NCBI GenBank assembly: GCA_964016885.1
Contig: OZ024749.1
Coordinates: 34,410,001 to 34,474,000, forward strand
Length of the DNA stretch: 64,000 bases
Direction: 5' to 3'
From: Eledone cirrhosa
Lineage: Eukaryota
The notes under the pieces: generated by a model
Told to the model about the DNA's origin: nothing
Seen by the model: only the letters and a program-made list of their open reading frames with translations
The model's database searches: none
Program-made: the position numbers and the translations under genes
Shown here: in pieces, positions 56,263 to 64,000 of the stretch
Layout: each line of letters begins with the position of its first letter
How positions within the stretch are numbered: position 1 is the first letter of the stretch

Positions 56263-56434
56263 GTAAGTATATCCTTTACTTTACTTTTCAATTGTTGATT
56301 CTTACTTAAATCTTCAAAGACCTATATACAACGTCTTCCTTTCCTGTTAGTCTGTCTGCTATCCCCTACACCTCTTTTATATAAATAATAATAATAATAA
56401 TAATAATAATGAAAATTATTGTGTACAGTGCTCA

Positions 56435-56800
56435 GAATTTATATTGCGCCCAAGATTTATATTGCATACATAGTATAGAGTTTCTACCTACTCCTTTTCT
56501 GCATATTGAGGAAGGCCACTTCCTTAGTGGGATCAGCGCCTTGTCTTCTTTCTTACTTATCAACACTTTGATTTTTGCTAAGTTTACTATCGGCCCTTTT
56601 GATTCCAAATTCTGTTTCCATAGTTGGAACTTATTCTTTAGTTCTTCAACATTCAGCTATAAGAACTAATTCATCAGCATACAGAGGTTCCCATAGACAA
56701 CCTGTCTTAAACTCCTCCGTTATGGTCTGAAGTACTATAATAAACAGATGTGGGTTGAGAAGTCCTGATGCACTTCTATCTCTACTTTGCATTCTTTGAA
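56435..56800 (-). mobile_element. Decayed RTE RT fragment
   Basis: Homologous to 59480-59850 (..TEEFKTGCLWEPLYADELVL..GKWPSSICRKGVGRNS). Confidence 0.8.
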
Positions 56801-56804
56801 TATG

Positions 56805-57198
56805 ATCGCGAATATAAGCAGCCAAAATGGGGTACCTTCAAAGGGTCTTTGGAGTAACGTTACTTGATAGTGTGTAGCTTGGAGATCAGTGAGTTGCTCC
56901 AGGTAGAGCCGCTACTTCTCTGAATTGAGGGATCACAGCTCCGCTATTATGGGCATGTGTTTTGAATATCTCAGGAAGTAATCGCTGGACAGATTTTACA
57001 GGCCCAATCAACTCACAGGAGACCCATGAGTAGACCCCGAGCAAGATGGCTGGAAAACATCCATGAGCCCAGCTGGTTTTGCTTGGAGATCCAGCTGGAT
57101 CAATTGGAGATAGTTGCTTCTGATAGGACTGGCTGGAAGGAGTGTTTGAGGACTCTTCCCCCACAACCCTCTCAGGAATAAGTGGGCGAAGAAGAAGA
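56805..57198 (+). mobile_element. Expander-like RTE 3' end
   Basis: Ends ccctctcaggaataagtgggcgaagaagaag. Confidence 0.8.
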
Positions 57199-57769
57199 TA
57201 TATATTTCTTCATGTATTTTAGTGCCTGTTTCTTAAGAATGCAATACGAATGTTGACCTATCTATTAATATTATTGCATTCTTTATTACATAAAATTCTG
57301 CAGTCATCCTAAACCCATGTTTTGCACACTGTAACTATTTATAAAAAATAACAAAACAAGAAACTTATGCTATCAATAACTGTTTACTGAATTTCTCTGC
57401 ATCTAACATACTTATTTTTCTCTAGCTCAGTCAGTAACATTCACTGAATTTTAGAATTTATCTACAACTTTTTGTAATTCTTGAACATAAGCCCTACGTT
57501 TTAAAGGGTGTTTGCATATATAACCTGGCTTGCCAAAGTAGCTTCTGCAAGTTGTTTGTCAGTTTGCCAAGCAATTGTATTAGCTGTCTCATCTAACTAC
57601 TCATTATAATTCTTATGAAAGTATGCTTTCTACTCTCTGAACAAAGCCAGCTTCTTATGTGTAAGGACTTAGCAAGGTCATCAGCGTATTTGATCACATC
57701 TAGTTCTTTAGTTTATTAAACTTCATAGCAGCTAGTTGTTTCTATATAGCTTTTCTTTAGTTAGATATG

Positions 57770-58330
57770 TCTTGAGAATTTTGCCTGGCGATGCTGCAGA
57801 GAAATGTTACCAGTGAATTCTTCCTTGACAACTTCATGGTGCTGGATTTCATTGTACAGACAAACTTCCTGGACAATAAGCAGTAACAAAGGTGGTGCCA
57901 TGAAGCCATTCTTGGAATATCTCTCCCTTTACAGTTAGTAGGGGACAAGAACAGCATCTTAGGCATAAGTTGGGACTGTGCAGGACTAGCCAATAGGAGC
58001 AGGGGGAGTCTAGTAAGGGAAGCGCAAACATGCATAATCCCAACCAGGTCTATACATGACATTATAGAGAGGGTAGGGAGTAAACCTGGCTTTAATGGGG
58101 CTCTGATCAATCTAGATCAATCTAAAGCTTTTGATAGTCAACTATCAACTTCTGGAGGCTGTCCTCAAGCCAGTTGGTTTCTGTCCTGTCTTCAGAGGCT
58201 GGATCACTACAATGCACAGTGGCATCTGCTTGAGTCAGAAGAAAATGGCCACCTATCGGAACTGTTTCAGATCAGGCACTCAGTCCATCAAGAATATCTT
58301 CTCTCCTCCTTTCTGTGTGATTCTTGAGCC
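57770..58330 (+). mobile_element. Decayed L1/Tx1-clade RT fragment
   Basis: LVREAQTCIIPTRSIHD..GALINLDQSKAFD..YQLLEAVLKPVGFCPVFRGWITTMHSG. Confidence 0.7.
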
Positions 58331-58707
58331 ACTGTACATAGACTATTTACACAACAAAACAAAAATACTTAGAAAAAAGATCACATGGATTACTGTTTCT
58401 ACAACTAAAATCCAATGCTCACAATCCATCATTATCAGCTGAAGAGTTCTCCCAACTCTGTGTTTGGCAGGTATCCTGTACTGGGTGCATTTATCATGTA
58501 AATCACCATCACTAGGAAGGTTGTCATATATATATTATTATTATAATAATAATACAAGGACGAATGGTTACTTCTTCATTACATTTATTGGTTGGTGATG
58601 TGTGTTTCATTACTGATCAGCTCAAGGTTCAATCTGTATCAATCTTGCCCGACTCTGGAATCAAAAGCTCATCAGACCTCTGTAGTAGTAAGGACTACAC
58701 TCCCTGG

Positions 58708-58708
<1 letters not shown>

Positions 58709-58742
<34 letters not shown>

Positions 58743-60954
58743 TTTACGTCCGCTTTTCCCTGCTTGCAAGGGTGGGACGGGTCTTATTCAGCACAGCATC
58801 TCTCCACTCGTCACGGTCCCTCGTCATCTCCACCGTGAGCTTCAATGATCTGAGGTCTGTTCTCACCACCTCCGCCCATGTTTTTCGTGGTCTACCTCTA
58901 CCACATCTTCCTTCAACTGGCAATTCCTGGCACTTCTTCACCCATCGGTCATCCTCCATGCGCATCACATGTCCATACCACCTCAGTCTCCTCTCCCGTA
59001 CACTACATTCTATCCCTCTCAGACACAGTTTCTCTCTCAACACATTTATGTTGGGTCGTTCACGCACATTTACACTGCACATCCAACGGAGCATGCTTGC
59101 CTCATTTCTCTCCAGCCGTCGCATATCCTCTGCAGTTGCTGCCCATGTCTCACTACCATGCAGCATCGCGCTCCTCACACAGGCATCATACAACCGGCCT
59201 TTCGTACGCAGGGAGAAACCCTTCTTCGTCAACAGAGGAAGCAGCTCCCTAAACTTCTTCCAACCCGTCCTTATTCTAGATACTATGGCCTCGGAACACC
59301 CTCCTCCCATGCTAATCTGATCTCCTAGGTACCGGAAGCTATCCACCACTTCTATAGCGCCCTCTTGCATTTGAAAAATGTGTCTATCAGTGCGACTTCT
59401 ACTGTCTAATTTCCCTGTACATCTACTGCATACATATTTCTCCTTACCTGTTAGTTTGCCTGCTATCCCGCTACATCTCTTGTGTACCCAGGATCTGCAT
59501 TGTGTGCATTTTATAGAATTTATGCCAGTTCCTTTTCTGCATATCGAACATGGCCATTTCCCTGACGGAATCAGGGTTTTGTCCTCTTTTCTACTCATCA
59601 ACACTTTTGTCTTAGCTAGATTCACTCTCAGTCCTCTTGCTTCCAACTGCTGTTTCCATAGCCAGAATTTATTCTCTAGCTCCTCTACTGATTCTGCTAT
59701 AAGAACCAGATCGTCAGCATAGAGAAGTTCCCATGGACAGCCAGTCTTAAACTCCTCTGTTATGGCTTGGAGGACTATAATGAACAAGAGCGGGCTGAGG
59801 ACCGAACCCTGATGTACTCCTACTTGTATCTGGAATTCCTCACTAAACTCCATTCCTACCCTGACTTTACTGAGAGTACCTCTGTACAAAGTTTGCACTG
59901 TCCTCACAAGCCATTCCTTAACACCTAGCTTCCTTAGGGACCACCAGATGACAGATCGGGGTACCCTATCAAAGGCCTTCTCTAGGTCAACAAAGGCTAA
60001 GTATAGTGGCTTATTCTTCTCTAAGAACCTCTCTTGCAATTGTCTCACCAAGAAGAGGGCATCTGTTGTACTCTTCCCAGGCACAAAACCAAACTGCATC
60101 TCATCTAGTTTGACCCTTTCTCTAATTAGTTGTGCTAAAATCCTTTCTGCCACTTTCATAACCTGATCTATCAGTTTTATACCCCTATAATTGCTCCTCT
60201 CCAAAGCATCCCCTTTACTTTTGTAGCAATTTATGAGAATACTGCTGCACCAGTCTTTGGGTATGACACCACCATATATAGCCTGATTGATGATGCGTGC
60301 AACCAGTTTAGTGCCTACGTCCCCTGATGCCTTCAGCATCTCAGCAACTATTCCCGATGGTCCGGCAGCCTTACCATTTTTCATTTCCCTAATCGCCTCT
60401 TGGACCCTATATTCGTCAATCTCAATAGCTGGTCCCTCTGTCAGATCTACCAAGGGTAATTTCTCTCTCTCCCATTCGTTCTCCACATTCATCAGTCTCT
60501 CATAATGACATTTCCAGGCCTCCTTTTTCTGATCATTCGTGACACTAAGTACACCGGCATCATCCCGAACACATTTATCTCCAACAACATCCTGATTTGC
60601 ATTGACACACTGCCTTGCAATGTGGAACACCGCACGCCTCTGATCTTCCCATCGCAGAACATTGGCAAACCTCCTACTCTCTGCCTCCCTGCGTGCTAAG
60701 TACACCTGACGTCTAGCTTCTCTCTTAGTGGCTGTATATTCTTCCCTACTCCTACCCTTTTTCCAAGCCTTCCATGCTAGTCTTTTGTCTCTAATAGCCT
60801 TATCTTCTGTGCTGTTCCACCACCAGGTCACTCTCTGTCTGGTTGGAGCTCTGCTCCAGCCACAGGTTTCATCAGTAGCCTGCAGCAAGTTGTCACATAA
60901 GAAATTCCAGTTATTATCTATGTCATACGTCTCTAAATCGTCTTCTTTTTCGTC
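58709..60954 (-). mobile_element. Young 5'-truncated RTE-clade LINE with (ATG)n tail
   Basis: Uninterrupted frame from ~60954 to 58744. The stop is followed directly by aatgatgatg. The 5' end abuts (TA)n. Confidence 0.95.
58744..60888 (-). CDS. Non-LTR reverse transcriptase (RTE clade), lacking N-terminal endonuclease, with internal C4HC3 finger
   Basis: [81 protein letters not shown]. Confidence 0.95.
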   Translation of the reverse strand: MLQATDETCGWSRAPTRQRVTWWWNSTEDKAIRDKRLAWKAWKKGRSREEYTATKREARRQVYLARREAESRRFANVLRWEDQRRAVFHIARQCVNANQDVVGDKCVRDDAGVLSVTNDQKKEAWKCHYERLMNVENEWEREKLPLVDLTEGPAIEIDEYRVQEAIREMKNGKAAGPSGIVAEMLKASGDVGTKLVARIINQAIYGGVIPKDWCSSILINCYKSKGDALERSNYRGIKLIDQVMKVAERILAQLIRERVKLDEMQFGFVPGKSTTDALFLVRQLQERFLEKNKPLYLAFVDLEKAFDRVPRSVIWWSLRKLGVKEWLVRTVQTLYRGTLSKVRVGMEFSEEFQIQVGVHQGSVLSPLLFIIVLQAITEEFKTGCPWELLYADDLVLIAESVEELENKFWLWKQQLEARGLRVNLAKTKVLMSRKEDKTLIPSGKWPCSICRKGTGINSIKCTQCRSWVHKRCSGIAGKLTGKEKYVCSRCTGKLDSRSRTDRHIFQMQEGAIEVVDSFRYLGDQISMGGGCSEAIVSRIRTGWKKFRELLPLLTKKGFSLRTKGRLYDACVRSAMLHGSETWAATAEDMRRLERNEASMLRWMCSVNVRERPNINVLREKLCLRGIECSVRERRLRWYGHVMRMEDDRWVKKCQELPVEGRCGRGRPRKTWAEVVRTDLRSLKLTVEMTRDRDEWRDAVLNKTRPTLASREKRT

Positions 60955-61589
60955 ATATATATATATATATATATATATAAGCTTCTACTATTGGTAATTC
61001 ATATTATTATAAACTGCATAACATTATATATACTGTTTGTGAGTATTTTCATGTTTATTTTATATACATACATTATACATATAACTTCTTTTTCTGTGCC
61101 CACTTATTCCTGAGAGGATTGTGAGGGCAAACATTTTCAGACATGCCTTTATATATATATATTTAAACAAAATATACATGTGTGTCAAATATTTGTGTTG
61201 TTAGCAGTCAGTGACAACTAAAATACAATTTACTTGGAATTTCTAGCTTATCTTCCTTCATGTCAATGAAATATTCATATTGAAATATTTTAGACAAAGT
61301 AGACAAATCTGATCTTTAATACTATTCTTCATAACAACCTCTGTTAATAGCCATTGAGATCATTATGAAATACTACAACAGCAACAACAATAACAAAGCA
61401 AATGAATAATTAAATAAAAAGAAAAAAGTCCATAAATCAATACACGTGATCATTAATATGTTATTAAGATATGTCTAGTGTTATATGTATACACCACACT
61501 AGTGGACTGGTACTGTCAATAATGACCACAATTGAAACGTGTCTAATATATTATATACACACCACACTAGTGTGGAGTAGTGCTGTTAA

Positions 61590-61779
61590 TTATTGTTTCT
61601 ACTTTTGGCACAAGGCCAGCAATTATCCCAGTGTATTACTGGTACTTTATTTTATCGACCCCGCAAGGATGAAAGGCAAAGTTATCCTCGGTGTGATTTG
61701 ATCTCAGATCGTAAAGGCCCACAACTCTATGCTGCAAAGCATGGCGTCCAACCCTCTACCGATACTGCCAATCTACCGC
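61590..61779 (-). mobile_element. Meta-like SINE with TSD
   Basis: Flanked by the direct repeat gtgctgttaat. Confidence 0.85.
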
Positions 61780-62238
61780 TGTGCTGTTAATAATGACAAC
61801 AATTGAGATATGTTTAATATATTATATACACCATATATATCAGAATTGCCAAATATACCAGGTGAATATATGGATATATATCATCATCATCATCATCATC
61901 ATCTTTGTTTAGCGTCCATTTTCCACGCTAGCGTGGGTTAGACAGGAGTTGTCCCACTTGAGGCAAGGCTGGTCGGGTGACCGTATCTCGCTCATATAGG
62001 ACTATCTGGCAGGTTTTTTACGGTTGGATGCCCTTCCTAACACCAACCACATTTACAGTGTGGAACTGGGAACTTTTTAGCGTGTTACCTACACGGCCAC
62101 ATTACAGCGTGGACTGTGTGTTTTTTTTTTTTTGTCGTGACACCTACACGATCTCGATCTCATTTTCTCTTGCTGTTGGTGGGAGGATAGGATAGGATAG
62201 GATAGGATAGGGGTAGTGGATTGGGGTGTATATTTGGT

Positions 62239-62284
<46 letters not shown>

Positions 62285-62385
62285 ATATATCTTTTAACTT
62301 GGTTTTTATGGCTCTAGATAAAGTCCATTGAGCTTACTTATTGAGAAATACAGTCTAAACATATGTTATGCTTAGATTTATCATT

Positions 62386-62438
<53 letters not shown>

Positions 62439-62755
62439 GCTCAGGGCATATGTATATACGTGTGTGTGAGCGAGCAGGTAGGGGTGTGTGTGTATATATG
62501 TATGTTTGTATATGTATTTACATGCATGTGTATGTATAGATATATATATATGCGTGTATGTACATATGTGTGTGTGTGTCTGTGTGTATATATTTGTGTA
62601 TGCACATGTATGTGTGTGTGTATGTTGATGTATATAGGCATGTGGGTATGTGTCTGTGTGTGTGTACATGCCTCTCTGGATGTATGTATGCGTGTATTTA
62701 TATGTTCTCCTTAAATATGTGTGTGTATAGCGTGCGACTATGCGTATGACTGTCA

Positions 62756-62788
<33 letters not shown>

Positions 62789-62810
62789 CGTGCGTGCGTG
62801 TGCGTGGATG

Positions 62811-63115
62811 TGTGAACAACCAATCACAGCAGTAATTTATTGAAGTGTAACAGACATGTGACAACTAACGCCCTGATGGTCAGCGGACTGGTACCTGTGG
62901 TCAGAATTATGGTGACGTCGATAACCAGCGGCCAATCATAGGACACGCGAAGAGGATGACATTTTTGACGGTGCTGGCCCAGAGTATCAGATACCCCAGA
63001 GAGAGAATATGCTCCGAAATCATTAGACGTGTCCGTCGAACCTGCGGGTCCAGAATCAGACAGATCCACACAATGATCGCGTCTCAAGCTGTCCGCCAGG
63101 GAAACAATTGTAACA
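62811..63115 (-). mobile_element. Possible solo LTR
   Basis: ~300-bp CpG-rich island with TG...CA ends (tgtgaacaa/ttgtaaca), CCAAT and TGACGT motifs, and minus-strand AATAAA near the 3' end. No TSD found. Confidence 0.35.
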
Positions 63116-63180
63116 CACAATAAATTGAGTTCAGATGCATCACTGATTTTTCGTTTTCTATTCTATATATATATATATAT

Positions 63181-63415
63181 TATATAGAAATGACTTCTAC
63201 AGGACTAGAATAGTTTCATTCTAATGAAATCATCATGAAAATCCTGGTGACTTTCATGATGAATTCATACAAATGAAACAGTTTTAGTCTTGTAGAGATC
63301 ATTTCTATATAAAAATAAAAGTGCCTGTACTCTACTAACATAGTGAGTACCTTTTTTAAAATGTAGTCACTTCCCAATACCCATCGGGAATCCACCAATA
63401 ATTATATATGTCCCT
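63181..63415 (+). mobile_element. Hairpin-plus-tail element (family H, longer arms)
   Basis: tatatagaaatgacttctacaggactagaatagtttcattc..aatcatcatgaaa / tttcatgatgaattc..aatgaaacagttttagtcttgtagagatcatttctatata. Confidence 0.65.
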
Positions 63416-63424
63416 CTTATACGC

Positions 63425-63733
63425 AATTGAGAGAGAAATAAACTATAGTGTGCGGGAGAGAAGACTGCATTATTATGGACATGTGATGTGCATGAAGGAT
63501 GACCACTGAGTAAAGAAGTTCCAAGAAATCCCAGTGGAAGGAAGACGCAGTAGAGGAAGACCACGAAAATCATGGGTGGAGGTGGTGAGAGCTGACCTCA
63601 AATCACTGAAGCTCACAGAGGAAATGACGAAGGACTGTGATGAATGGAGAAATGCTGTGCTGCAAAGGACCCATCCCACCCTTGCAAGCAAGGAAAAGTG
63701 GACATAATATCATGATGATGATGATGATGATGA
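63425..63733 (+). mobile_element. RTE LINE 3' end with (ATG)n tail
   Basis: RERRLHYYGHV..PVEGRRSRGRPRKSWVEVVRADLKSLKLTEEMTKD, same family as 58709-60954. Confidence 0.85.
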
Positions 63734-64000
63734 TACTGTATGTGATTCAGTGAATTACTGGTTGATTAAGTTCAGGAAATAAGATATAGATTTTAATTCT
63801 TAACATCTTGTAATGATTTAGTAGAAAATATTTAAAAACAGATTTGTTAATTGAAATATTTATTTATAACTTTACTAGTGGACAAATTGTTGTGAATATT
63901 TGCATTAAACTAAAGAGTTTAAATTTTTAATGTGATTCAGTCATAGTCTTGTCTTGTACTTTCAAGGTTGATAAAAAAAAGGTACCAGTCCAGTGCTGCA

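Noticed and set aside
62824-63120. 98-aa minus-strand ORF
   Set aside because: No ATG start or domain similarity. Explained by the locally high GC.

Overview
Very AT-rich, microsatellite-laden animal genomic DNA. The SINE families resemble those of octopod cephalopods (inferred, not verified). Most of the window looks like the 5' intronic region of one large + strand gene. Four candidate short ATG-containing first exons (7053, 21937, 36157, 49275) all end in phase-1 GT donors and could splice to one 325-nt coiled-coil exon (55938-56262), which has a 1-nt reading-frame discontinuity. The rest is repeats: a 2.2-kb intact, 5'-truncated RTE LINE with a PHD-type finger inside its RT; many RTE/Expander, CR1 and Tx1 fragments; Penelope-like (PLE) remnants; tRNA-derived SINEs sharing the RTE 3' tail; Meta-domain-like SINEs; MITEs; minisatellites; and a 2.8-kb TA array. 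The most striking unexplained structure is a set of short fold-back elements beside microsatellite tracts carrying type I hammerhead ribozyme folds. One of them (4979-5298) is a perfect 145-bp palindrome with an intact hammerhead on each strand, supported by covariation with a second copy at 3914. Almost all other ORFs in the track are low-complexity artefacts. Repeat boundaries are approximate and read by eye.
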